Of a stretch of DNA of 64,000 nucleotides, positions 1 through 11,872 are shown in pieces. The DNA is from Malacoraja senta (taxonomy: Eukaryota). The position numbers were made by a program, and so were the translations under genes. The notes beneath the pieces were generated by a model. That model was not told where the DNA came from. It saw only the letters and a program-made list of their open reading frames with translations, and did not search any database. The DNA lies in assembly GCA_038087875.1 (NCBI GenBank), contig CM075992.1, positions 2,296,001 through 2,360,000 on the forward strand. The letters run 5' to 3'. Numbering within the stretch: the first letter of the stretch is position 1; the number at the start of each line of letters is the position of its first letter.

Positions 1-614
1 AATGTGTAAGAGGCCACAATGAGGGGGGCAGAGGAGAGAATTCTGTTGAAAACTTTCTCAGTGTTATAGAAATGCCAAGAAGTCCAAGGTATTGGAAAAG
101 ATTCCAGGCGTTCTGCACCACTAGCATCCTCCACACACGGGATACCAGGCCATATACGCTGCTCCAGCCACACTCAGTGAGGTACTGGGTAAGCACAGCT
201 CCCATGTAGTAGGAGCTATTAGCTTTGGACAGGTTCTGCTTTGAGTCATCCATGAGGGACTAATTGAAGAAGGAACATTTCAAACACACACCATATCTTC
301 CATCCAGACACCCACGAGAGAGAGGGAAAATTCAGGAGCAGGATGTGGGCGATATGGGGAAAGTGCCATTGAAATGATGATGACTTTGTTGACTATTTTA
401 ATCCCATTTTGTACATACATAAGGACACCAAGTGCTGGAGCAACTCAGCGGGTCAGGCAGCAACTCTGGAGAATGTGTACTGTATAGGAGACATTTTGGG
501 TTGAAACCCTTGTTCCCTTTTGTACTTTCAAACTGTACTCATTTGATCAGTTGCAAGTGGTCTATTTAAAGAGAGAATGTGAGTTTGGCTTATATTTACT
601 GGTAGAGTCTTGTA

Positions 615-765
615 GTTTAGAGATACAGCGAGGAAACAGGCCCTTCAGCCCACCGAGTCTGCAAAAAACAGCGATCCCCGCACGCTTACACTATCCTACA
701 CACACTAATGACAATTTACAATGATATCAAGCCAATTAACCTACAAATCTGCATGCCTTTGGAAT
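615..765 (-). mobile_element. V-SINE (HE1-like) 3' fragment
   Basis: Reverse complement of the SINE tail seen at 3849-4163 (gagatacagcg..aaacaggcccttc..gccaattaacctacaa). Confidence 0.85.
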
Positions 766-949
766 CTATGACAAGGCTGAGTGTTGATGGGATGGGGGAG
801 GAATTTGCCTGAGAGGCTGAGTATTTTTTTTCTCATTCTAAATGGCGCAAATGCAATTGCAGCCTTTAACTGAACCCTGGCCTTTGTCCTGGTCTGGTCT
901 GGTTTGGTTTAAGAAGTCAAGTCATGCTCTGTGCTGCTCTGATTCTCAT

Positions 950-1190
950 TTAACCTGAGGCTGTGAACTGTGTCCAAGGTGGAACACACTGACGGCCTTT
1001 GTCACAGGCCCAGTGGGGGTAAATGTTGGCAGAGCAAAGCCTCCTTTACTCTCTGGTTCCAGCCCAAATATGCTTGCTATTACCGAACCCGAACTCTGAA
1101 GTTGAGAGCAGACAGTGTGGGAAGAGCTCTCTGCATCTTTGTCATAGACACTCACTATGAGAGTCTGGTGTGTGTTCACTTGGGACGGGG
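950..1190 (+). mobile_element. Possible old DeuSINE-like (SacSINE1/AmnSINE-type) remnant
   Basis: gcagacagtgtgggaagagctctctgcatct resembles the recalled shark DeuSINE motif gggacagtgtagagggagctttactctgtatct; recall only. Confidence 0.3.
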
Positions 1191-1500
1191 AATTTTATTC
1201 AGCATAACCCACATTTCCTGACAGACTATACATCTATAAGCTTACAGTATTCTGGAAGGGTCTTTAAGAATACACCTGGCAATTTTTCAACCACTGTTTC
1301 CGAAGTGCAGTGAGCTCATGACTCACAGCTGAGTCTGTGAAAGGTCTTTCGTTGCCACATGAAGCCTCAATTCCTGCTCACAGCAAGCTCACAATATGCA
1401 CCAGTTTCACACCAGCACCTGGCATTGTCTTATCACCAACAGTACAGAGAGTTTTGCTGATGGGTTGGTGACGTGAAACCTCACCTCTCTTTCTCCCTGG

Positions 1501-1596
1501 AAGACAGACACAAAATGCTGGAGTAACTCAGCGGGGCAGGCAGCATCTGTGGAGAGAAGGAACGGGTGACGTTTCGGGTCGAGACCCTTCTTCAGT
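1501..1596 (-). mobile_element. Penelope-derived mini-element with intact minimal hammerhead core (1568-1595)
   Basis: Minus strand reads ctgaaga-a-gggtctcgaccc-gaaacgtc followed by the shared pLTR-like motif gatgctgcc..gctgagttactccagcattttgtg. Confidence 0.85.
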
Positions 1597-1703
1597 ATGA
1601 AGGAAGGCTGGGCAGAGGGAAAGGCAAGGATCCAAGGGATGTGAGGACAGTGGAGGAAATATTCCTGAGGTTCATCGGCTGACTTGAATTTACATTTATT
1701 CCA

Positions 1704-2298
1704 GGCCAATTAACCTACAATCCTGTACGTCTTTGGAGTGTGGGAGGAAACCGGAGCACCCGGAGAAAACCCACGCAGGTCACAGGGAGAACGAACAAAC
1801 TCTGTACAGGCAGGTCAAGTCAAGTCAAGTCAAGACAAGTTTTATTCGTCATGAATTTGCCAGCAGTGGTACCATAAAAAAAGAACACACAAAAACACAA
1901 TAAAACATTTAACACAAACATCCACCACAGCATTCATCACTGGGGTGGAAGGCACAAAAATTGGCCAGTCCTCCTCCATTTTCCCCCGTGGTCGGGACCA
2001 CAACCCTCCACAGTCGTCGCTGCGGACGTCCAGGTGTACAGACAAGGTAAGACCAGGTAAGTCCTGAATCGGTGCCTCCCCACCGGAGACCGCGGCTTCA
2101 AGATGGTGTAGGCCGCAGGCCGGCGGTGGAAGATCTAAAGTCTCCGCCGCGCCGCAGCCAGAAGCACCGCAGACCGCAGGGCCGGCGGCCGGATCTCCTC
2201 TCCAGGGATCCCCGGCGAGGGACGCCGTAGTCAGGATGGGACCCAGGTCTCTGCTGCTGTAAGGCAGCAACTCTACCAGCTGCGCCACCGTGCCACCC
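1704..2298 (-). mobile_element. V-SINE split by a GC-rich insertion at ~1814-2227
   Basis: SINE body at 1704-1812 and head at 2228-2298; the insert carries a (caagt)n tail. Confidence 0.8.
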
Positions 2299-2483
2299 AG
2301 ATGGCTCCTCTCATTGATGAAAATTGTAACGCGGACCGTTTATTCGGCATCCGAGAGGTCGCTTGTATCTAGTTACTGTACGGGGAGGTTAGTAGCTGCA
2401 GAGTTAGCGACAGTTGATGGATTCTTCTCTATTATCGGTTTCTGTTACTCCCCGCTGTAAACTGAGCAATAAATATCAAACGT

Positions 2484-2817
2484 GTAGTAGGGAAGTATAG
2501 ATGCTGGTTTAAACCAAAGATGGATCACAAAAAGCTGGAGTAACTCAGCGGGACAGACAGGATCTCTGGAGAGAAGGAATAGGTGACGTTTTGGGTCGAT
2601 ACCCTTCTTCGGACCCATTCCTTCTCTCCAGAGATGCTGCCTGTCCCGCTGAGTTAGTTCAGTTTAGTTTACTGTCACGTGTACCGAGGTACAGTGAAAA
2701 GCTTTTATTGCGTGCTAACCAGTCAGCAGAAAGACAATACATGATTACAATCGAGCCATTTACAGTGCATAGGTACATGATAAGGGAATAATGAGTTACT
2801 CCAGCATTTTGTGTCTA
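2484..2817. mobile_element. Inverted-arm Penelope mini-element interrupted by a LINE-tail fragment (~2656-2790)
   Basis: gctggagtaactcagcgggacag followed by its reverse complement; gagtta resumes at ~2793 after the insert. Confidence 0.75.
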
Positions 2818-3848
2818 ACGTGTGCTAATCCTGGAAATGTGATTAAACAATGTAGAGATAATGAATCACTTAAATGGACAGTGCAGCATTTCAGGCAGGT
2901 TTATTGATGATTGAGCATCTGTGATATTAATAGCTGTGAGCAGAGCAGCTATCCTGACAGCTCTGTGAGTGCACAGGCACTCCTGGGGCCGTGTAGACAC
3001 AGGGGCCCCTTCCAACTGTTCTACTTGCTCCGGCTGATCTCAGTCAAGGCGCCACCATTAATCCCTTAATAGCTTTAGCAGAAAGTCAATAAAACTAAAA
3101 TAAACTGTGAAGACTCAACATGTCAGGCAGCGTCCATGGAAAAACAGTGTCAGCAATCCCGCCTCCCCTTCCCTTGCTCAGCACCAGTGTAACAGATGAG
3201 AGGCATTTGGGAAGATGCCACAATCCACTGGCCTCCACTGCCACAGAAGGCAAAGGAGGCCAATTCACTGGATGTTTTCAAGAGAGATATAGCTCTTAGG
3301 GCTAACGGAATCAAGGGATATGGAGAGAAAGCTGGAACGGGGCACTGATTTTAGATGATCAGCCATGATCATATTGAATGACGGTGGCCTTTTCCATGAC
3401 TGGATATGGCCACAAGGCAGTGGAGGTTTTAAATCAGAGTTTTCCCTCTCCTAGATGGACTGCCTTCCCAGGCTGATGAGCCCCATCTGCCCGAGACTCG
3501 TGGGGGCGGGAGCGTCTACCTTCCCGTGCAGGTCTATAGCACCTGCCCGCTGCCCAAGATATATAAGGGTAAACTGATATGTTTATTCCCTCAGCAGCAT
3601 ATTACTCTACATCCAACTGCCCCCCAATCCCCCTCACCCCACCAGTACCCTCCACCGACCCCACAGTTGTCTCTTCTCTCTGGTTTATTACTCATGCTGC
3701 CTTTCACTCGCATGTTTTCTGCTCACACCCAGAGAGAACATTCCTCACACTCCATTTGCTCCCTTCTACCTACGTATTCAGATGTTTCATTGCGAAGTAG
3801 AGTCTTACAACTCAACCCTACATTGCTGCTCTCTGATAAATGTTTTTT

Positions 3849-4163
3849 GTGGCAGTGGTGCGGTGGCGCAGCGGTAGAGTTGCTGCCTCACAGCGCCAGA
3901 GACCCGGGTTCCATCCTGACTACGGGTGCTGCCTGAACGGAGTTTGCACGTTCTCCCCGTGACCAGCGTGGGTTTTCTCCGAGATCTTCGGTTTCCTCCC
4001 ACACTCCAAATACGTACAGGATTGATGGTTAATTGGCTTGGTATAAGTGTAAACTGTCCCTAGAGTGTGTAGGATAGTGTTAATGTACGGGGATCGCTGG
4101 TCGGTGCGGACTCGGTGGGCCGAAGGGCCTGTTTCGGCGCTGTATCTCCAAACTAAACTAAAC
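3849..4163 (+). mobile_element. Full-length tRNA-derived V-SINE (HE1-like)
   Basis: Pol III A-box-like tggcgcagcgg and B-box-like gggttccatcc, V-domain ggagtttgcacgttctccccgtg..ggtttcctcccac, (ctaaa)n tail. Confidence 0.9.
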
Positions 4164-4214
4164 TCTGGGAACTAAAATCCCTTGATGGTGAAGAAAGGTC
4201 CACACAGACAGTAC

Positions 4215-4363
4215 CTTAAAGATAGCGGAGTCAGGGGATATGGGGAGAAGGCAGGAACGGGGTACTGATTGGGGATGATCAGCCATGATCACATTGAATG
4301 GCGGTGCTGGCTCGAAGGGCAGAATGGCCTACTCCTGCACCTATTGTCTATTGTCTATTGTCT
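4215..4363 (+). mobile_element. CR1-type LINE 3' tail
   Basis: Matches the 3' end of the 14431-15197 element; (ctattgt)n tail. Confidence 0.9.
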
Positions 4364-4717
4364 ACTCTTCAAAGATGCTCCATTCGAATCAATCCGATTG
4401 TACTCGTGGTTGTCACAAGCTAGTGGATACCCAAAGGTTATCTCATCCTTCACCCATCTGTGGCTGATTACTGCTCTCAGGTCAATCTGAACAAGTTGGC
4501 TTCAGTCACAATAATTAATAGCAGGGTATGAGCAGGAAGCTGGCTGGATGGGAAAGCCAAAGGTCGACTCTGCAAGAACAGAGAACAATGCCTTTCAAGA
4601 GTTGTTTCTGGGTTGTAAAATATTTCAAAGGCAAGCAGAATTTTAAATATTCAAGAGGTGAGAGAAGTTAATGATTGGAATGGAGATCACCATTGTGCCA
4701 GGGGAAGGACAGATGTG

Positions 4718-4845
4718 TTAAAGAAGGAACTGCAGATGCTGGAAAATCGAAGGTACACAAAAATACTGGAGAAACTCAGCGGGTGCAGCAGCATCTATGG
4801 AGCGAAGGAAATAGGTAACGTTTCGGACCGAAACCCTTCTTCAGA
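4718..4845 (-). mobile_element. Penelope mini-element, UUCG-loop hammerhead subtype
   Basis: Minus strand ctgaagaagggtttcggtccgaaacgtt; aaggacagatgtg duplicated on both flanks. Confidence 0.85.
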
Positions 4846-5040
4846 CAAGGGTTTCAGACAAGGACAGATGTGGTTGGAAGATTTCCTCTTTCCAGATGTG
4901 GGCCAACCACTTGCATCTTGTCTCCATCATACCGCATGGAAACAGGCCCTTCGGCCCAACTTGCCCTTGCTGGCCAAGATGCCCCATCTACACCAGTCCC
5001 ACCAGCCTGTGTTTGCCCCGTATCCCTCTAAACCTTTCTC

Positions 5041-5545
5041 ATAGAAACATAGGAACATAGACAATAGGTGCAGGAGTAGGCCATTTGGCCCTACGAGCCA
5101 GCACCGCCATTCAATATGATCATGGCTGATCTTCCTCTTCTTCTTCTTCTTGCGTCTGGCGTGCACAGTCCAAAGTTGTAGTTCTATTTGATCTTATTTG
5201 ATTGTGCATTCGTCGAAACAGGGCGGACCACGTGAAGGTTGCAATCTTCCCAGCCCGTCATGGCTGATCATCCAAAATACCCCGTTCCTGCTTTCTCCCC
5301 ATATCCCTTGATTCCGTTAGCCCTAAGAGCTCTATCTAACTCTCTCTTGAATACATCCGGTGAATTGGCCTTCTGTGGCAAAGAATTCCACAGATTCACA
5401 ACTCTCTGGGTGAAAACGTTTTTCCCTCATCTCAGTCCTAAATGGCCTACCCCTTATTCTTAAACTGTGTGACCCCCTGGTTCTGGGACTCCCCCAACAT
5501 GGGGAACATTTTTCCTGCATCTAGCCTCTCCATTCCCTACAGAAT
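5041..5545 (-). mobile_element. CR1-type LINE 3' fragment hosting an HDV-like retroposon
   Basis: Reverse complement of the CR1 tail, interrupted at a duplicated tcatggctgatc. Confidence 0.85.
5132..5257 (-). ncRNA. HDV-like-ribozyme-headed short retroposon, copy A
   Basis: 12-bp TSD tcatggctgatc (5120-5131 and 5258-5269); minus strand gggctggg-aa-gattgca-acc-ttcacgt-ggt-ccgccct-gtttcga-cgaa-tgca; (aag)n tail; small deletion affecting P2'. Confidence 0.75.
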
Positions 5546-6603
5546 TTAATAGGTTATCCTGTTGAAATATATGTTAAATATTGTTATAGTACCTGCCTCC
5601 ACTACCTCCTCAGGCATCTCATTCCATACATTCACCGCCGTCAGTGTGAAAAAGCTGCCCTTCAGGTACTTTCCCCTCTCACCGTAAACCTATTCCTCCG
5701 GTCCATGATTCCCTTAATCTGGGCAAAAGATCTATGTTCTATACAGCAAACAATAACAATCCCTCGTTCCCATTGCTTTGCAAAGCTGCTGATGACTGTG
5801 TTAAATGAATGCCTGATCAACACCAATCTCAAAGCCCCCCCACCCCCCCCACTACCTATTGGCTGCTGCAGTTTACAATAAGTAAACTTATTACAGAGAG
5901 GCAGGGCCCAAAAAGGATAAGGCCAAGTCAAGTCAAGTTTATTCATCACATACACATAGGAGATGGTACAGTAAAGCTAGTCCCTGGAGAGAAAGGAGTT
6001 TACAGGCTTGCTTGTCTGTGCGTGTGTGTACAGAGTGAGTCTCTGCCTTTGAAAAACTCCTCCTTTCAGACACACAAGTGAGCATGATGTTACTTCACCG
6101 GCTAAAACTCCACGATACGCAGGCACTTCTGTAACTCGCTAACAGGGAGCAGAGGGCTCGGCAACCGGAGAAACGCTGGAAAATATCTTTCCCCCTTTCT
6201 CTTTGCTGTTCCAGTTTTTACACTGACTCTTCTAAATGAAATGAGTCCCGGTACCACGCAAATTTATTTTTCACTCAGGAAGATGTAATGTTGGTGTGGG
6301 ATGGAACATCAAGCGGGAAAAGCCCGCGGCAAGAAGAATTTACATCTGGCTGGCTGACGTTGATCCCTGGTCGCCATGTGGGAGGGGGAGGGGTAACTTT
6401 ATTCACAGATGTAAGAGATCATTGTCTGTTAACGAAACGGCTAGAGGCACCATTTGTGAGTGTTCTACCCACAAGTCTCTGCTGGTTTACTGATCAATAT
6501 CAGTGGTGTTGCAGTTGTTCACATTGTCTCCCGGTTATCGAACCAGGAGACAATTGTTATTCCTGAAGGGCTGGTGTTGGGTTGGGATCAGGCACCATGC
6601 ACA

Positions 6604-7440
6604 GGGCAGCCCACTGGTGCAGCTGGTCGAACTGCTGCCTCATAGCGCCAGAGACCCGGGTTCCATTAAGGGCTTGGACACACTAGAGGCAGGAAACATG
6701 TTCCCAATGTTGGGGGAGTCCAGAACCAGGGGCCACAGTTTCAGAATAAGGGTAAGCCATTTAGAACGGAGACGAGGAAACACTTTTTCACACAGAGAGT
6801 TGTGAGTCTGTGGAATTCTCTGCCTCAGAGGGCGGTGGAGGCAGGTTCTCTGGATACTTTCAAGAGAGAGCTAGATAGGGCTCTTAAAAATAGTGGAGTC
6901 AGGCGATATGGGGAGAAGGCAGGAACGGGGTACTGATTGGGGATGATCAGCCATGATCACATTGAATGGCGGTGCTGGTTCGAAGGGCTGAATGGCCTAC
7001 TCCTGCACCTATTGTCTATTGTCTATTGTCATTCTGACCTAAGGTGTTGTTTGTGTGTTCTCCTGTTTCCCTAGGTGCTCCAACATACGCAGGTTTTAAG
7101 GTTAATTGGCCTCTGTAAATTGCCCATTGTATGTAGGGAGTGGATGTGAAAGAGGAATAACATAGAACTAGTGTGATGGTGTGTGTCGGAAGGAACTGCA
7201 TATGCTGGTTTAAACCGAAGACAGAAACAAAATGCTGGAGTAACTCAGCGGGACAGGCAGCATCTCTGAAGAGAAGGAATGGGTGACGTTCGGGTCTCGA
7301 CCTGGATCCTTCTCTCCAGAGATGCTGCCTGCCCGGCTGAGTTACACCAGCATTTTGTGTCTATCTTTAGGGTGATCAATGGTCAGCCTGGACTTGGAGG
7401 GCCGAAGGGCCTGATTCCAAGGTGTGTCTTTCAATCAATC
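6604..7440 (+). mobile_element. V-SINE with nested CR1 tail (~6667-7029) and Penelope mini-element (~7181-7368)
   Basis: SINE gggttccatt|ctgacc is split with a catt duplication; SINE tail resumes at ~7370. Confidence 0.8.
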
Positions 7441-7748
7441 AATTGAATCACTAGCCTCGACATGATACATCTGTCCACAAATTGTAACTCCACGACGGTC
7501 ACCCAGTAAGGGACAAAGAAAGGAGAATACTGGGATCCAGGATGCAGCGTTTTGAACAGGGGCCTAACCCATGTAGGGAGCTGCCAGGCATTTTCCACAT
7601 TCCACAAGGCACTGAGTTGTCTCGCATCTGTAGATCCCATATCTTTGTAATTCTTCTTTGCAATTTTTATTCTAACTTATCATGGGACATCTGCGTCTAA
7701 GATTACCACTGCAGGGATAGTTCTGTCAAGGTACAATACTGGTTTCTA

Positions 7749-8054
7749 GGGCGGCACAGTGGCGCAGCGGTAGAGTTGCTGCCTTACAGCGCCATGGACC
7801 CGGGTATCGATCCCGACTAGGGGTGCTGTCTGTACGGAGTTTGTACGTTCTCCCGTGGGTTTTTCCCCCGAGATCTTCGGTTTCCTCCCACACTCCAAAG
7901 ACGTACAGGTTTGTAAGTTAATTGGCTTGGTATAAAATGTAAAATTGCCCCTAGTGTGTGTAGGGTAGTGTTAAAGTCCAGAGATCGCTGGTCGGTGCGG
8001 ACTTGGTGGGCCGAAGGGCCTGTTTCCGCGCTGTATCTCTAAACTAAACTAAAC
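7749..8054 (+). mobile_element. Full-length V-SINE
   Basis: Same head, V-domain and tail as 3849-4163. Confidence 0.9.
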
Positions 8055-8111
8055 ATTCTCAGTCAGTTACTACTTCACATGGTAGTTTCCTCACTATGTC
8101 TGATGTCCGTA

Positions 8112-9530
8112 TCACAGCTGGTAGAGCTGGCGAACCTCTCAGCGCCAGAGACCCGGATTCGATCCTGACCTCGGGTGCTATCTGTGTGGTGTTTGCACGT
8201 TCTTCCTGTGATCGCGTGGGTTTCCACTGGGTGCTCCGGTTTCCTCCCACATCCCAAAGAAGTGCGGGTTTGTAGGTTAGTTGGCCTTCTCTAAATTACC
8301 CCTAGTGTGCAGGGAGTGGATATAAGAAAGTAGGATAACAAATTAACTAGTGTGAACAGGTACATAAAATGCTGGAGAAACTCAGCGGGTGCAGCAGCAT
8401 CTATGGAGCGAAGGAATAGGTAACGTTTCGGGCCGAACCCTTCTTCAGACTGATAGGGGGTGGGGAGAAGAAAGGAAAAAAGGAAAAAGGCGGAGGAGGA
8501 GCCCGAGGGCTGGAGGAGGGGAGGAGACAACCAGATGGCTGATGAAGGGGAGGGGACAGCAAGGGCTAGCAGAATTGGGAGAATTCAATGTTCAAACCCC
8601 CAGGATGTAGACTGCCCAAGCGGAATATGAGGTGCATTTCCTCCAATTTACGGTGTTGCTCGCTGTGGCCATGGAGGAGACCCAGGACAGAGAGGTCAGA
8701 TACGGAATGGGAGGGGAGTTGAAGTGCTGAGCCACCGGGAGTTCAGGTTGGTTATTGCGGACCGACCGGAGGTGTTCGGCGAAACGATCGCCAAGCCTCC
8801 GCTTGGTCTCACCAATGTAGATCAGCTGGCATCTAGAGCAGCGAATGCAATAGATGAGGTTGGAGGAGATGCAGGTGAACCTCTGTCGCACCTGGAACGA
8901 CTGCTTGGGTCCTTGGATGGAGTGGAGGGGGGAGGTGAAGGGACAAGTGTTGCATCTCTTGCGGTTGCAAGGAAAGTACCAGGGGAGGGGGTGGTATGGG
9001 AGGGAAGGGAAGAATTGACAAGGGAGTTACGGAGGGAGCGGTCTTTGCGGAAGGCAGACATGGGGGGAGATGGGAAGATGTGGCGCGTGGTGGGGTCACG
9101 TTGGAGGTGGCGAAACTGACGGAGGATCACTTGTTGTATGTGACGGCTGGTGGGTGAAAGGTGAGGACTAGGGGGACTCTGCCCTTGTTGTGAGTGGGGG
9201 GATGGGGAGAGAGAGCAGTGTTGCGGGGTATGGCAGAGACCCTGGTGCGAGCCTCATCTATGGTGGAGCAGGGGAACCCCCGTTCCCTGAAGAATTAGGA
9301 CATTTCAGATGCCCTGGTGTGGAACGCCTCATCCTGGGAGCAGATGCGGCGTAGACGGAGAAATTGGGAGTGGGGGATGGAGTCCTTACAGGAAGCAGGG
9401 TGGGAAGAAGTGTAGTCCAGATAACCATGGGAGTCGGTAGGTTTGTAGTGGATAAACCTACCGACTCAGGTGATCGATGGTTGGCATAGACTTGGTGGGC
9501 CAAAGGTCCTGTGTCCATGTTGCATCTGTT
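8112..9530 (+). mobile_element. V-SINE split by a Penelope-like element
   Basis: SINE at 8112-8361 continues at 9467-9530; TSD caggt. Confidence 0.8.
8362..9466 (-). mobile_element. 5'-truncated Penelope-like retroelement (RT C-terminus, GIY-YIG endonuclease, pLTR with hammerhead); frameshifted
   Basis: ORF 8592-8891 reads FTCISSNLIYCIRCSRCQLIYIGETKRRLGDRFAEH (GIY-YIG); upstream frames give RQFRHLQRDPTTRHIF and YKPTDSHGYLDYTSSHP; hammerhead core at 8422-8448 on the same strand. Confidence 0.92.
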
Positions 9531-10377
9531 GTAACTGTGCAACAACATGGGTTTGCACACCAATTGAAACTGCCAACATCATATTGCCTCGAACCTACCT
9601 CAGTTGGTCAGTGATGTTGGTGAATCAGCACTCGCTAGGATCTGTGCACAACTATATCATAAAAAGAAGTGAATGTGATGGAATATGTTCAGAGTGAACT
9701 CGACTTATTGCCTGCAGTATTTTACACAGAGGGTTGTGAGTCCCGGCAACGTGTAGCCAGGGGGTTTGTGGCACATAAAAGACTTTTGGATTTAGCATTA
9801 TGTTTGGCACAGACATTGTGTGCCAAAGGGCCTGTGCATTGTGGATGGGATGTTTTATGATGAAAGAATGGACTAGCCAGGCTTGTATCCGCTGTCTTTT
9901 AGAAAGGTGAGAGGATATTTGATTGAAACATGAGATCCTGAGGATATGGAGAGAATCTGGAAACAGCATCACCCTTTTAAGATGAAAAGTTGCCATTTTA
10001 AAATGATTTTTTAACAACAGAGATGAATCAGAAATGGTTATTTTCCCAGCGGTTTGAGAGTTTGGAACTCTCTTTCTCAGGGGACAGAGGGTGCATGGTT
10101 TGTTTGGATACACTTAAGGCAGAGGGAAATAGATGTTTTATGAGCAAGTGGGTGAGAGGTTACTGCAGGCTTACTGGAATGAAGAGTTGAGGTTACAATC
10201 TTACTCTTTTAAAAGGCGCAGCAGAGTCCAGGGATTGAGTCCTTGTTGGTATATTTGTAATTACCATAAATGGTGAAGAGAATATCAACAGACACCACAT
10301 GGGAAAACTGTTCCTTCATCCCTTTCATTATGAAGGTTCATAACATACAAGCGGTTGTCATGAACCTATTATTTTGT

Positions 10378-10518
10378 ACCGAAGATAGACACAAAATGCT
10401 GGAGTAACTCAGTGGATGAGACTGAAGAAGGGTCTCGACCCGAAATGTCACCCATTCCTTCTCTCCAGAGATGCTGCCTGTCCTGCTGAGTTACTCCAGC
10501 ATTTTGTGTCTATCTTCG
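10378..10518. mobile_element. Inverted-arm Penelope mini-element
   Basis: gaagatagacacaaaatgctggagtaactcag and its exact reverse complement flank ctgaagaagggtctcgacccgaaatgtc. Confidence 0.85.
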
Positions 10519-10544
10519 ACTTAACTAACAATACAATCCATTTG

Positions 10545-10740
10545 TATCCTGCCAACAAAATGCACGGCCAATTAAATTGACAAATTACTGCCCCATCAAT
10601 CTTCTCTCTCAAACTTAATGAAGTGATAGAAGCTGTCACCAACAGCGCCATCAAGCAACATTTATTCACCTTCCTGCTACCAGTGTTCAGTTGGAGACTC
10701 TCCAGATCTCAATACACTCTTGGTCCTAATATGTTTAAAG
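10545..10740 (+). mobile_element. Ancient LINE RT fragment, with a second diverged copy at ~11048-11385
   Basis: Translates roughly as NYCPINLLS..VIEAVTNSAIKQHL, resembling the LINE NYRPISLL motif. Confidence 0.55.
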
Positions 10741-10746
10741 TGAGAA

Positions 10747-11045
10747 GGGCAGCACAATGGAGCAGCTGGTAGAACTGCTGCCTCACGGTGCCAGACACTA
10801 GGGTTCCATCCTGACCATGGGTGCTGACTGTGTGGAGTCTGCACGTTCTCCCAGTCACTGCATGGGTTTCCCCCGGGTGCTCCGGTTTCCTCCCACACCC
10901 CAAAGACGTACGGGTTGGTAAGTCAATTGACTTCGATAAATTGTCCCCGGTGAGTGGGGAGTGGATGAGAAATTGACAGCTAGTCAATGTGGACTCAGTG
11001 GGTTGAAGGGCCTGTTTCCATGCTGTATCTCTAAACTAAACTCAA
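10747..11045 (+). mobile_element. V-SINE (older, diverged)
   Basis: Head, V-domain and tail recognisable. Confidence 0.85.
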
Positions 11046-11719
11046 ACTGACAAGTTACTGCCCCATCATTTCACTGTCGAACATGAACAAGTAATAGATC
11101 CTTTCAAGAGAGAGCTAGATAGGGCTCTTAAAAATAGCAGTCAGGGGATATGGGGAGAAGGTAGGAACGGGTACTGATTGGGGATGATCAGCCATGTTCA
11201 CATTGAATGGCGGTGCTGGCTCGAAGGGCCGAATGGCCTACTCCTTCACCTATTGTCTATTTATTGTCTATCCTGTCATCAACAGCGCTATCAAGCTTCA
11301 CTGATTTACCTCCCTGTTCCCAGTGATCAGTTTGCCATTCACCAAATCACAGTACACTCTTAGTATGTCCTAATATGTTCAAAAGATCTAAGTGCAATGT
11401 GGGAGCAGTGGCAATAGCCTCAGAATAAAAGGACGTACCTTTAGAAAGGAGATGAGGAGGAATTTCTTTAGGCAGAGGGTGGTGAATCTGTGGAATTCAT
11501 TGCTACAGACGGCTGTGGAGGCCATTAATGGATATTGGATACTGCCTGCCCCGCTGAGTTACTCCAGCATTGTGTTGCTTGTAGGGTTGAGCTGGTGAAG
11601 TAGTGTAACATTTTAGTCTTCAAGCTACTGACCTTTTTACTCAGAAGGATTTAATTGTTGATAATTACATTTATTTATTGTTTAAAATTCTGATTTAATG
11701 ATGCTTTAGAGAGTCATTA

Positions 11720-11797
11720 TTAAACAATGAGTCACGTAAGGAAATTCCTGGGCAGATGCCCAAAGGTTTGGTCAAAGAGGTTGGAGTTGCAAACAGC

Positions 11798-11872
<75 letters not shown>

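Noticed and set aside
70..188. Possible exon between ttatag and gtaagc
   Set aside because: Weak polypyrimidine tract, no recognisable peptide, and no partner exons
3473..3515. CTGATGAG followed by a stem, suggesting a hammerhead
   Set aside because: No GAAA core after the stem
3849..3925. tRNA-like sequences at many positions
   Set aside because: They are heads of V-SINEs, continuing into the V-domain and tail; not tRNA genes
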